NCBI GenBank assembly: GCA_963770995.1
Contig: CAVYRS010000001.1
Coordinates: 79,575-143,574, forward strand
Source: an uncultured Acidobacteriota bacterium
Lineage (GTDB): Bacteria > Acidobacteriota > Vicinamibacteria > Vicinamibacterales > CAVVIG01
Length of the DNA: 64,000 nt
Direction of reading: 5' to 3'
Position numbers and translations under genes: made by a program. Under the pieces are notes generated by a model, which saw only the letters and a list, made by a program, of their open reading frames with translations, did no database searches and was not told the origin of the DNA. Below, piece by piece: positions 42,840 through 52,743 of this stretch (position 1 is its first letter; every line of letters begins with the position of its first letter).

Positions 42840-44449
42840 ACTTGCGGCACCTTCTCGAGCGGCGGCAGCACGCTTTTGGAATCATCCCGCGCCGCGCGCA
42901 GCGACGACGTTTCGGGCAGATGGCGCTGCCACCAGGTGACCGCGTCCTCCTGCGTCCACGACTCGAAGCAGCACCCTTCGAGCATCTGCGCCAGCTCACG
43001 CGCGCTCGAGGGCCGATCGGCGCATTTCTTCTCGAGACACTGCATCACGACTTGCTCGAGATCGCCGGGAATCGGCAGCTCGGTGCGTGATGACGGCAGC
43101 TCCGGTTTCGTCTGGACATGCTTCAGCGCCATCGTCATCGGGTTCGATTCCGAGAACACGAGCTTGCCGGTGAGGAGAAAGTAGGCCATGCAGCCCAGCG
43201 CGTAGACGTCGGCGCGGCCGTCGACGCGTTCCTCGCCGAGCGCCACTTCCGGCGCGATGTAGCCGGGCGTCCCTGCCGCCGTGCCTTCCATTGTGAGCTG
43301 GGTGACATCCTCGCAGGCCGCGCACTTGGCCAGGCCGAAGTCGAGCACTTTGACGAAGTCATAGGTGAGCGCCAGCTTGCACAGCATCACGTTCGACGGC
43401 TTGAGATCGCGATGGACGAGGTTTCGCTGGTGCGCCTCCTCGAGCGAGGCGCAGATCTGCACCATGATGGACCGCACGCGTCCAACCGGCTGCGGACCGA
43501 ACGTGTTCACCAGCGTCTCGAGGCTGACGCCGTCGAGCAATTCCATCGCGTAATAGAACTGCCCGTCGTTCGAGACGCCGAAGTCGTACAGGTAGATCGT
43601 GTGCGGCGACTGCAATCCCGCGATCACGTTGGCTTCGCGGCGGAAGCGCTCCACCCAGAGGTCCGCCTGGCGTGCCGATGGCGCGGTCGTCCTCGGCCGA
43701 ACGAGCTTGATCGCCGCCTGACGCGCCAGCATCTCGTGACTCGCCTTCCACACCTCGCCCATGCCGCCCGCGCCGATCGGCGCGAGCAGCCGATACCTGC
43801 CGAGCTCGCCGCCTGAAGCCGTCGCGGCGACTGCGTACAGCTGCCGGCCGATCAGGAAACCGAGCACCGCGAGCAGATAGTTGATGACCGGCCAGACCAT
43901 GAGACGGCCCCACGGTGCGGGCGCGAAGCCGAGGCGCTGCACGTTGATCGCGTAGGCGAGCGGCCACATCGACGCCGCCGCGAGGGCCGTCGCCAGCGTC
44001 CACGATGGCTGATTCCGCACGAGCACGCAGACCAGGATGATCCAGGGACCGACCGCGGAGATCCCCAGCACCGGCCGGTCCGCCGTCAACGGGACCGCCG
44101 TTTCCACGATCGCAATCGCGAACGCGACCAGCACGGCGAGGCCCATCCACACCGGGAGCCATGTGGACGGCAGCGCCTGCCCGTAGTAGTGCAGAGCGAG
44201 GAGGCCGAGCGCGAGCAGGACCGCCGCCAACGTGATCAGACGGACGAGCGGATCACGATAGACGGCCGCGAGGTCCGGCTGCACGACCTGCTGGAACGAC
44301 ACGACCAGAACCACGAGCGCGGCGACGGGGAGCACGAGACGCAGGAGTTGCGATGACCGGCCCTTCTGCACGCTGGACGTCGTCCGCGACTGGCGGCTTG
44401 CGCTCATCGTCGCGAGCGAACCAGGCGTGAAGGGGTGAAGCTGGTCCAT
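42836..44449 (-). CDS. Ser/Thr protein kinase with N-terminal multi-TM domain
   Basis: GAGGMGEVW, AIK, HRDLKPSN, DFG, GTPGYIAPE. Confidence 0.93.
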   Translation of the reverse strand: MDQLHPFTPGSLATMSASRQSRTTSSVQKGRSSQLLRLVLPVAALVVLVVSFQQVVQPDLAAVYRDPLVRLITLAAVLLALGLLALHYYGQALPSTWLPVWMGLAVLVAFAIAIVETAVPLTADRPVLGISAVGPWIILVCVLVRNQPSWTLATALAAASMWPLAYAINVQRLGFAPAPWGRLMVWPVINYLLAVLGFLIGRQLYAVAATASGGELGRYRLLAPIGAGGMGEVWKASHEMLARQAAIKLVRPRTTAPSARQADLWVERFRREANVIAGLQSPHTIYLYDFGVSNDGQFYYAMELLDGVSLETLVNTFGPQPVGRVRSIMVQICASLEEAHQRNLVHRDLKPSNVMLCKLALTYDFVKVLDFGLAKCAACEDVTQLTMEGTAAGTPGYIAPEVALGEERVDGRADVYALGCMAYFLLTGKLVFSESNPMTMALKHVQTKPELPSSRTELPIPGDLEQVVMQCLEKKCADRPSSARELAQMLEGCCFESWTQEDAVTWWQRHLPETSSLRAARDDSKSVLPPLEKVPQV

Positions 44450-44450
44450 C

Positions 44451-44589
44451 CTAGGAACCCGCCCGAGTACTGACGAGACGGGCTCCTAGTAGGCGCGCTC
44501 CGCGCGCGTATCGGTTCGACATCAATGGTGATCGTGCCGGCGAAGCCGGCCTGCTAGGAGCGTGTTCCGGTTCTCAGACACGCTCCTAG
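44451..44589. repeat. Two short CTAG-bounded inverted repeats
   Basis: ctaggaacccg...cgggctcctag (44451-44489); ctaggagcgtgt...acacgctcctag (44554-44589). Confidence 0.6.
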
Positions 44590-44604
44590 TATAGTGGGGC
44601 GTTC

Positions 44605-46119
44605 ATGCCGTCGGGCCGCACGCCTCCCTACGCGTTCCCTGTTGCAGTCATCGACATCGGCTCGAACTCCGGCCGCGTCGTGGTCCTCGAACGGGACAAG
44701 GCCGGACACTTGCGCCTCCTGACCGGATCGCGGGCGCCGCTCCGATTGGTCCGCGATGTCGACGAGCAGGAGAACCTCAGCGAAACGTCGATGGCGCGCA
44801 CGATGGACGCCATCCGGGACTTCCATGCCATCGCGGCCGGCGCTGGCGCGAAGCGCATTGTCGCCGTCGCCACGGCGGCGATGAGAGATGCGCGAAACGG
44901 GAGCCTCTTTCTGGATCGGATCCGCCGCGAGCTTCGGATACGCGTCGAGATCATCGACGGACAGCAGGAAGCGCGATACGGCTTTGCCGGCGCCGTGCGC
45001 GGGCTGCCGGTGGCGAACGGAATGCTGTTCGATATGGGCGGCGGCAGCATGCAGGTCTCACACTTCAGCCAACGGCGGCTGGATCGCGTGGCCAGCATGC
45101 CGCTCGGTGCGCTCCGCTTGAGCGAGCAGTTCCTCGAGACCGATCCGCCCCGGTCGAAGGAAATTCGTCGTCTGCGCAAGCACGTTTCGAAGCACCTGGC
45201 CAAAGCCAGGGTGGGCTCGCTGGGTCGTGGTGAGCATCTGATCGGAACCGGCGGGACGCTTCGCAACCTCGCCAAGATCGACCGCAACGCGCGCGACTAC
45301 CCGATCAGCCGGCTCCACGGCTACGTGCTCTCCCTGAATCGACTGCACGACATCGTCGGGCAGATCGTGGCGATGCGCCAGAAAAACCGGGACGAGATCT
45401 CCGGCCTGAGCGCCGAGCGCGCAGACTCCATCGTCGGCGGCGCGATCGGGATTGAAACGTTCATGGAATTCGTCGGCGCCAAGGACATCGTCGTGTCCGG
45501 ACAGGGGGTCCGTGAAGGCCTCGCGCTCCATCTGCTGAAGATGGAAGTCACCGCCACGAAAACCGTCAAGGAGGCGTCGCTGTCGTCGCTCGTGTCGCGG
45601 TTCGATGGCTGGAATCCGGATACGGCGGCCCGCCGCCGCACCGTAGCGGCGGCGCTGCTCCGCGCGCTCGAGACGAAACCGGACCCCAGGATCGCGGAAG
45701 CCCTCGACCATGGCGCCCGCGTGCTGGACATCGGACGCAGCCTCGATTTCGTCCAGCGTCATGAGCTCGTGGCGGAAATCCTCCTGGCAACGGAGCTCAC
45801 GGGGTTTACGCATGAAGAGCTCGCGTTCGTCTCGGCGCTGGTGCGCCGGGCCGGCGATCGGCACGCGAGCGCGAAGGGCTTCGAGCCGCTCATCACCGCC
45901 GCCGACCGCGCCCGCCTCGATCGCGCAGCCGTCATCCTCGCGCTGGCGGACGAAATCGAGGCGCGCTGTCCCCGTGGACGGCCAATCGCCGTCCGGTGCG
46001 AGGTCGGCCGCACCGTGAAGCTGTCAGTGCCGCTTCTCCTGTCGTGGCGGGTCAAAGACCTGGGGCAGCGGTTCGAACGAGGCTTTGGCAAGCCGCTGAT
46101 CGTCAAGACCGGTGGATAG
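44605..46119 (+). CDS. ppx: Ppx/GppA family phosphatase
   Basis: VIDIGSNS, ATAAMRDARN, DMGGGS, GTGGT, GVREG. Confidence 0.9.
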   Translation: MPSGRTPPYAFPVAVIDIGSNSGRVVVLERDKAGHLRLLTGSRAPLRLVRDVDEQENLSETSMARTMDAIRDFHAIAAGAGAKRIVAVATAAMRDARNGSLFLDRIRRELRIRVEIIDGQQEARYGFAGAVRGLPVANGMLFDMGGGSMQVSHFSQRRLDRVASMPLGALRLSEQFLETDPPRSKEIRRLRKHVSKHLAKARVGSLGRGEHLIGTGGTLRNLAKIDRNARDYPISRLHGYVLSLNRLHDIVGQIVAMRQKNRDEISGLSAERADSIVGGAIGIETFMEFVGAKDIVVSGQGVREGLALHLLKMEVTATKTVKEASLSSLVSRFDGWNPDTAARRRTVAAALLRALETKPDPRIAEALDHGARVLDIGRSLDFVQRHELVAEILLATELTGFTHEELAFVSALVRRAGDRHASAKGFEPLITAADRARLDRAAVILALADEIEARCPRGRPIAVRCEVGRTVKLSVPLLLSWRVKDLGQRFERGFGKPLIVKTGG

Positions 46120-46134
46120 GACAGGCGGCGGCGC

Positions 46135-48267
46135 GTGAGCCCCAGGAACTTCACCCTCCTCGCCATGATCACCGCGGGCTTCATGCTCGCGCATCAGGTC
46201 GCGTCGAAGGCCTTCCGCGACGCGGCGTTTCTGACGGTCTGGCCGACCTCGACGCTGCCGCTCATGGTCATCACCGCGGCCATCATCGTGGTCGCGACCG
46301 TCCCGCTGTTCGCCCGGCTGCTCAACCGCTTCGGCCCGCGGTTCGTCGTGTCCGCGGGATTCGTGTTCAGCGCGACCGGGCACCTGGTCGAGTATCAGCT
46401 CACGAGCGGACGCCCCTGGGTGGCGGTCCTCATCTATCTGCACGTGGCCGGGCTGGGTGCGCTCCTGCTCTCGGGCTACTGGTCGCTCGTCAGCGAGCGG
46501 TTCGAGCCACGCGGCGCCCGCGCAAGCTTTGGACGCATTGCGGCGGCGGGCACCTTCGGTGGCGCTCTGGGCGGACTCGCGGCCGAACGGATTGGCATGG
46601 ATATGAACGCCAATTCCGTGTTGCTGCTGCTGGCGATCCTGCACATCGTGTGCGCGGGAGGCACGCTCCTGCTGGGACGGGCACCCATTCTGCTGCCGGC
46701 GACCGACGCGGTGCCGTCGGATCGCGTATTCGCGTTCAAGTCGCTCCACGAGTCGCCGCATCTCCGCACGATCGCGCTGATGGTGCTGCTCACGACTGCC
46801 GCGGCCGGCGTGCTCGACTTCCTGCTGAAGTGGCACGTCACGCAGGTGATGGACACGGGGCCGTATCTGCTGCGCTTCTTCGCCATCTTCTACACCGTCA
46901 CGCAGATCGTCACGTTCGTCGCGCAGGCCGCGACCAGCCACTCCATTCAGCAATTCGGCATCGGCAAAACGATCTCCACGCTGCCGGCCGGCGTCGCGCT
47001 CACGAGCGCCATCGCGCTGCTGTTCCCGGTGTGGCCGGTGATTGCGGCGGTGCGCGGCATCGAGTCGGTGCTGCGGGGCTCGCTGTTCCGGAGCGGGTAC
47101 GAGCTGCTGTTCGTGCCGATGGACGTCGCCGAGCGGCGGCACATGAAGACGTTCCTCGACGTCACCTGCGACCGCGCCGGCGAAGCGCTTGGCGCGATCA
47201 TCGTCCAGCTGCTGCTGCTGACGAGCCTCGCGTTCTTCGGCGGCGAGCTGCTTGCGGTCGTCATCGTGCTGTCAACGACCGCGTTGGGGCTCGGACGCCG
47301 GCTCGACCGTTTGTATCTCGACGTCGTCATGCAGCAATTGGTGAAACACGGCGACGCGACGCCGGTGATAGTCGGCTCCGAAGCCGGATGGACGGTGGTC
47401 GAGCCGTCGCCGCTCGTGATCACCGAGCTCAGGGCCGCGAAGCCGGCTGCCGCCGCGCCGACCCGCCGCGACGATCCGCGGCTGCGGATCCTGCACGATC
47501 TGTGGTCCGGCGACCGGCGGACCGTCGAGGCGGCGCTCGACCGACTCACGGATCCGGAGCGGATCCATGTGGCTCAGGTGATCGAGCTCCTGGCGTGGGA
47601 CGATCTGGTCGCGAGCGCACGCCGCGTGCTCGAGCGCGCGGCGCCGGCGCACGTCGGCCTCCTGATCGACGTGCTGCTCGACGCGAACACGGACTTCGCG
47701 GTTCGCCGGCGCGTACCGCGAGTGCTGTCCACGGTGGAGTCCGACCGAGTGCTCGACGGCCTCGTCCGCGGGCTCGACGATACGCGGTTCGAGGTGCGCT
47801 ATCAGTGCGGGCGCGCGATCGATCGGATTCTGGTGAGGAATCAGAACCTCGCCGTCGACGCGGCGCGCATGATGAGCGTCGTCGAGCGCGAGCTCTCCGT
47901 TCCACAGCAGATCTGGCAGGGACACCGGCTGATCGATCAGCCCGAAAGCGACGAGCCCACGGGACTCGGCGAGACGTCCGATCTCAGCCAGCGGAATCTC
48001 GAGCACGTGTTCTCGCTGCTGGCGGCCGTGCTGCCGCGCGAGCCGCTGCACGTCGCGCTGCGCGGCATCAGCTCGCCCAATCCCGGTCTGCGGGGTCTGG
48101 CCCTCGAGTATCTGGAAAGCGTGCTGCCGGCGGCGATTCTGTCGAAGCTCTGGCAGGTCGTGGACGCGACGCCTCGGGAACGGCCGACGCGCACGACGCC
48201 GGAGCGCGCGCTCGAGGAACTGCGCGCTTCGGCCGAGCTGCCGGCCGTGAAGACAACCAGCGACTAG
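46135..48267 (+). CDS. NTT/TLC-like nucleotide transporter fused to HEAT-like repeats
   Basis: KAFRDAAFL, FGRIAAAGTFGG, RSGYELLFVP...KTFLDVTCDRAGEALG; helical C-terminus GLDDTRFEVRYQC. Confidence 0.78.
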   Translation: MSPRNFTLLAMITAGFMLAHQVASKAFRDAAFLTVWPTSTLPLMVITAAIIVVATVPLFARLLNRFGPRFVVSAGFVFSATGHLVEYQLTSGRPWVAVLIYLHVAGLGALLLSGYWSLVSERFEPRGARASFGRIAAAGTFGGALGGLAAERIGMDMNANSVLLLLAILHIVCAGGTLLLGRAPILLPATDAVPSDRVFAFKSLHESPHLRTIALMVLLTTAAAGVLDFLLKWHVTQVMDTGPYLLRFFAIFYTVTQIVTFVAQAATSHSIQQFGIGKTISTLPAGVALTSAIALLFPVWPVIAAVRGIESVLRGSLFRSGYELLFVPMDVAERRHMKTFLDVTCDRAGEALGAIIVQLLLLTSLAFFGGELLAVVIVLSTTALGLGRRLDRLYLDVVMQQLVKHGDATPVIVGSEAGWTVVEPSPLVITELRAAKPAAAAPTRRDDPRLRILHDLWSGDRRTVEAALDRLTDPERIHVAQVIELLAWDDLVASARRVLERAAPAHVGLLIDVLLDANTDFAVRRRVPRVLSTVESDRVLDGLVRGLDDTRFEVRYQCGRAIDRILVRNQNLAVDAARMMSVVERELSVPQQIWQGHRLIDQPESDEPTGLGETSDLSQRNLEHVFSLLAAVLPREPLHVALRGISSPNPGLRGLALEYLESVLPAAILSKLWQVVDATPRERPTRTTPERALEELRASAELPAVKTTSD

Positions 48268-48288
48268 ATCTGTTGTAGGTCCGCCGCT

Positions 48289-49710
48289 CTACACCGTTTT
48301 GCGCCGGTGCTCTCTCGAGATTTGGCCGGCTACCCACAACCAGACGGCCGTCAGCACGACGTTGATCGCCGCGAAGACCGGCACCGCGAGGCCGAGGATC
48401 TGGCCCAGCGCGACAAAGCCAGCCGACACGACGTCGCCCGCTCGCGTGAAGAACGTATCGATGGCGGCCTTCGCCTTGTACTTGGCTTCGCGCGAGGTCG
48501 GCAGGAACAGGGCCTGACGCAGCGTGTTCTGGATCGAGTAGTCGGTGCTGTTCTCGAGGATCTTGCCGATGCGAACGACGGCAAGGATCGGCGCGACCGC
48601 GATGATTGAGTAGTTGATCAATGCCAGCACCGGCAGCACGAACAGCGCTCCGCGCACGCCGACGTGAACCGAATGACTCGCGACGTGACGAACAGCTGGA
48701 GCAGAAACCCCACGAGGTTCACGGTGGCGATGATCGAGCCTGAGAACGCGGTCGATGAACTGACGGCTGGCAGCCACGCTGTCGGGCGCCGTGCCGAACC
48801 GGCTCGCGGCCTCCGCAACGATGAGTTTGTTGAGCACGTAGCCGCCGGTCGTGTTGACGACGTTCAGCAGGACGATCAGGACCGCGATCCAGAAGAGGTA
48901 GCGATCCTTCCAGATCAGTTCGAAGCCGCCTTCCGGTCCCGAGCGGCTCGCGATCGAGCGCAACCTCCGGCTCGGGCCCGTGCCGTCTCGCGGCGGTTGA
49001 CGACGAGCGTGACGAAGAGCGCGATCATCAGCACGCCGGCACCGAGCAGCATCAGCGTGTACGGCGTGTAGTTCAGGCCGGTGACGAGCGGTGCGACAGC
49101 GGCAGCGCCGACCCAGGCGCCGAGCGACTGTCCGACGCCGATCAGCGGAAACAGCCGGCGCCCCTGCGCCTTCCGTGTAGAGGTCGTTCGCAAATGCCCA
49201 GAACTGCGACACGATGAAGACGTTGATGATGCCCGAGCCAGATGTAGAACGCCACGCCTTCGCGGGCCCCCGTCTGCCCCGCGACGTAGAAGAGCGATGA
49301 GGTTCGACGCGAAGAACGGCATCATGATCGCGATCAGCCGTGCTCTCCGCACCCGCGATGCCGAGCCAACCATAGAGCGGGACGACGCCGATCAGCAGCA
49401 GCGCCTGCGCGGCGGCGGAATACGAGGCGACCTCCGCACCGCCCTCCGTCAGGATGAGCCCGTCCCGGCGGGCTTCATCAGCGAATAGCCCGCCAGCAGC
49501 AGGAAGATGTTCAAAGTCAGCAGCAGGGCGCCGACGCCCTCGCCGGCGCGCACGTCGGCAAACAACGACAGGAAGCCGCTCGAGCAGGCTCTTCGGACGC
49601 TCGCCGAGCGTCTTGAAGAACGGAAGCGACTGGTGCGAGCGCAGTTCCGGATGCGTGATCAGCGTGCGCGGCTCGGACGAGCTCAAAGTGCGGCTGTCGG
49701 ACGTGTTCAT
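48289..49710 (-). CDS. NTT/TLC (Npt1/Npt2) family nucleotide transporter (several frameshifts)
   Basis: SQFWAFANDLY, ENSTDYSIQNTLRQALFLPTSREAKYKAKAAIDTFFTRAGD. Confidence 0.85.
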   Translation of the reverse strand: MNTSDSRTLSSSEPRTLITHPELRSHQSLPFFKTLGERPKSLLERLPVVVCRRARRRGRRRPAADFEHLPAAGGLFADEARRDGLILTEGGAEVASYSAAAQALLLIGVVPLYGWLGIAGAESTADRDHDAVLRVEPHRSSTSRGRRGPAKAWRSTSGSGIINVFIVSQFWAFANDLYTEGAGAPAVSADRRRTVARRLGRRCRCRTARHRPELHAVHADAARCRRADDRALRHARRQPPRDGTGPSRRLRSIASRSGPEGGFELIWKDRYLFWIAVLIVLLNVVNTTGGYVLNKLIVAEAASRFGTAPDSVAASRQFIDRVLRLDHRHREPRGVSAPAVRHVASHSVHVGVRGALFVLPVLALINYSIIAVAPILAVVRIGKILENSTDYSIQNTLRQALFLPTSREAKYKAKAAIDTFFTRAGDVVSAGFVALGQILGLAVPVFAAINVVLTAVWLWVAGQISREHRRKTV

Positions 49711-49716
49711 GGGCGG

Positions 49717-51334
49717 CTATACCTTCTGGACGACGGGCGGCGTGCGCATCGGCGTTTGCGCGAACGACCGCAGCGACGACGTCTGCGGCAGATGGTGCTG
49801 CCACCAGTTGGCGGCGTCGCGCTCGGTCCACTCCGGCGCGCCGCAGTTCATCAGCCGCTCGTCGAGGTCACTCGCGCTCGACGGGACGGTCTGCCGGGTT
49901 CTTCTCGAGGCATTGCAGGATGATGCGCTCGAGATCCGGCGGGAATCGGCAGCTCCGTGCGCTGCGACGGCGGATCCGGCGGCGGCCTGCACATGCTTGA
50001 GCGCCATGCTCATCGGATTCGAGTCGGGAAACACGAGCGTGCCGGTGAGCAGCACGTAGCCGACGCAGCCGAGCGCGTAGAGGTCGGCTCGCGCGTCCAC
50101 GTCCGGCTGCCCAGCGCCACTTCCGGCGCCATGTAGCCGGGCGTGCCGGCGGTGACGCCCTCGACGGTCAGGTGCGACGCTTCGTCGCGCGCCAGACGAC
50201 TTCGCGAGACCGAAGTCGAGCACCTTGACGAAGTCATGCTCCTGCGCCACCTTGCAGATCATGACGTTCGACGGCTTCAGGTCGCGGTGCACCAGATCTC
50301 TGCTCGTGCGCTTCCTCGAGCGAGCTGCAGATCTGACGGAGGATGCAGACGACGCGTGACGCCGGCTGCGGACCGAAGGTCGTCGACCAGCGTCTGCAGG
50401 CTGATGCCGTCGAGCAGCTCCATCACGTAGTAGAAGCGCCCGTCCTGCGCGGTGCCGAAATCGTAGAGGTATACCGTGTGCGGCGACTGCAGCCCGGCAA
50501 TCACGTTGGCCTCGCGGCGGAACCGCTTGATGACCATGTCGGCCTGCCTGGCCGACGCCGTGTCATCGGCTTCACGAGCTTGATCGCGGCGGCGCGGGCC
50601 AGCATCTGGTGACTCGCCTTCCACACTTCGCCCATCCCGCCTTCGCCGATCGGCGACACGAGCGTGTAGCTGCCCGAGTTCCTGCGCGGTTTGCGCCTCG
50701 ACAGGCCGTGCCGTAGGTGGCGCGTCCGACGACGTACGCGAGCAAGGCCAGCAGATAGTTGATTCGCCGGCCACATGACGGTCTGGCGCCACGACGCGGT
50801 GACGAAATCCAGTCGAGCGGAATTGATGATGTATGCGAGCGGCCAGGTCGTGGCCGCGACGAGACGCGACGACGAGCGTCACGATCGGGCGGTTCGGGAT
50901 CAACGCGCCGACGAACGACGATCCAGGGGCCGAGCGCCGACAGGCCCAGCAGCGGAACGCGCGGGATCGAACGGTCTCGTCGTTTCGATCATCGAAATCG
51001 AGAATCGCCACGACGATCTCGAACACCATGCCGAGACGGAGCATCGTGAGCGCCGGGACGATGCGGTAGCTGTTGCAGCGCGACGAGCGCCGGCCGCCAT
51101 CAGCACGGACGCCAGCGTCGCGAGCCGATTGATCGGGTCGTCGAGGATCGCCGCGAGCTGCGGCTGGGCGAGGCGCTGAAACACCTGGACGATGACCACG
51201 ACGCCGGCGAGGAACACGGCGAGGATCGAGAGCCGGGCCGCTGCGTCCTCGATTAGCTTCGGGGGAAGTCCCGTGCGCCCCGGCGCGCCCGCACCGGAGA
51301 GCGGGGTCGCGTCGACAGGCATGTGGGTGAGCAT
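49717..51334 (-). CDS. Ser/Thr protein kinase with N-terminal multi-TM domain, paralog of 42836-44449 (several frameshifts)
   Basis: GEGGMGEVWKASHQMLARAAAIK, REANVIAGLQSPHT, HRDLKPSN, DFG, GTPGYMAPE in shifting frames. Confidence 0.88.
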
Positions 51335-51386
51335 CCGGGTCGATCATACGCATAAAATTACAGATACGATGCTCCACGTTTCCCGG

Positions 51387-52614
51387 ATGGCGCGTTTCCT
51401 GCGATTCTCCGTGTTCTGGTCGGCCATGGCATTCGCCATGCCGGCGCTTGCCCAGGCTCCCGACGAACCGCAGACCCGCAGCCGAGGCGCTGCAGCGCGA
51501 GCGGGAGGAAAAAGAGCGCGCCACCAAGCCGTACGAGCCCAACGGCCTCGAACGTGCGATGCACCTCGGCGAAGCACGCATCCTTCCGCTGCTCCAGCGC
51601 GACGGGGTGTACGCCAAGCTTGGGAGCCTGACCACCGGCAGCGGCTTCGCCTACGGCGCGGGCTTCCGCGATCGATCGCTCGTGAAGGGGCGCGGCAGTC
51701 TCGATCTGTGGGCCGCAGCCTCGCTCAAGAAGTACTGGGCCCTCGAGGCCCGTGCCCGCTATCCGCTGATCGACGGCTATCGTGTCGCCGTCGAAGGCTA
51801 CGCGCGCATGTCCAGCTACCCCGAAGAAGAGTTCTTCGGCCTCGGGCCGGATTCGCGCCGCGTCGATCAGGCGCTGTACGACCTGCACGGGCCGCAGGCC
51901 GGCGGACAACTCGCCGTGCAGGCGACTCACATGCTCTCGTTTGGCGACCGGCGTCGAATATCTCCGCCCGAGCGTGAGCGACGTGGCAGAGCAACAGACT
52001 CCCCTCCATCGAGAAAGTCTTCAACCTGAGCACGGCGCCAGGCCTGGGGCGGGATCTCCAGTACGTGCGGTCGCAGGCGAACGCCACGTTCGACTACCGG
52101 CAGCCGCTCAACGCGCGCAGAGGCGGCTGGTACCGGTTCGATTTCAGCCGCTACGACGACCGCGAAGGCAACGCCACCAACTTTACGCGCGCGGACCTCG
52201 AGCTGCGGCAGTACGCGAGCTTTCTCGCGGAGCGGCGCGTGCTCGCCGGCCGCATCCGGGTCTCGACCACGGATGCCGACCAGGAGGGCATGATCCCGTT
52301 CTTCCTGCTGCCGTTTCTCGGCGGCAACGACACGCTGCGCGGCTTCCGCGCCTACCGCTTTCGCGGGCCGAACTCGATCCTCCTCCAGGGGGAATATCGC
52401 TGGGAGATCTGGTCCGGCCTCGAGGCCGCCTTTTTCTACGATGCCGGCAAGGTGACGCAGAACCGCGACGACCTGAATTTCAAGATCGCTCGAGCGTGAC
52501 TACGGCTTCGGCTTTCGCTTCAACACGGACAACGGCGTCATCATGCGAGTTGACGCGGCCTTCGGCAGCCGCGATGGGAAACATCTTCATGTGGTCTTTG
52601 GCGGCATTTTCTAG
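51387..52614 (+). CDS. Omp85 (BamA/TamA-type) beta-barrel without evident POTRA domains (frameshifted)
   Basis: Signal peptide, GSGFAYGAG, LGGNDTLRGFRAYRFRG, EYRW, FYDAGKV, DYGFGFRF, terminal GGIF. Confidence 0.82.
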
Positions 52615-52625
52615 ACGCGTCTTCC

Positions 52626-52743
52626 GCTCGTGGTGAGCTTGTCGAACCACGAGCACGGCGGCTCGTCCTTCCGCCTTCGCCAAGGCTATGGCGGACCGCC
52701 GAAGCGCGAAGTGCGGAGGCTGGTCGACAGGCTCAGGACGAGC
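52626..52743. repeat. Paired REP-like hairpins with nested 54-bp insert
   Basis: gctcgtggt-gagcttgtcga-accacgagc and inverted partner gctcgtcct-tc[insert]gacaggctc-aggacgagc. Confidence 0.72.

Noticed and set aside
45996..48278. Long overlapping ORFs (760 aa here; also 13941-16199, 56694-58616 and many others)
   Set aside because: Arg/Ala/Pro-rich shadow frames of high-GC genes with no recognisable motifs
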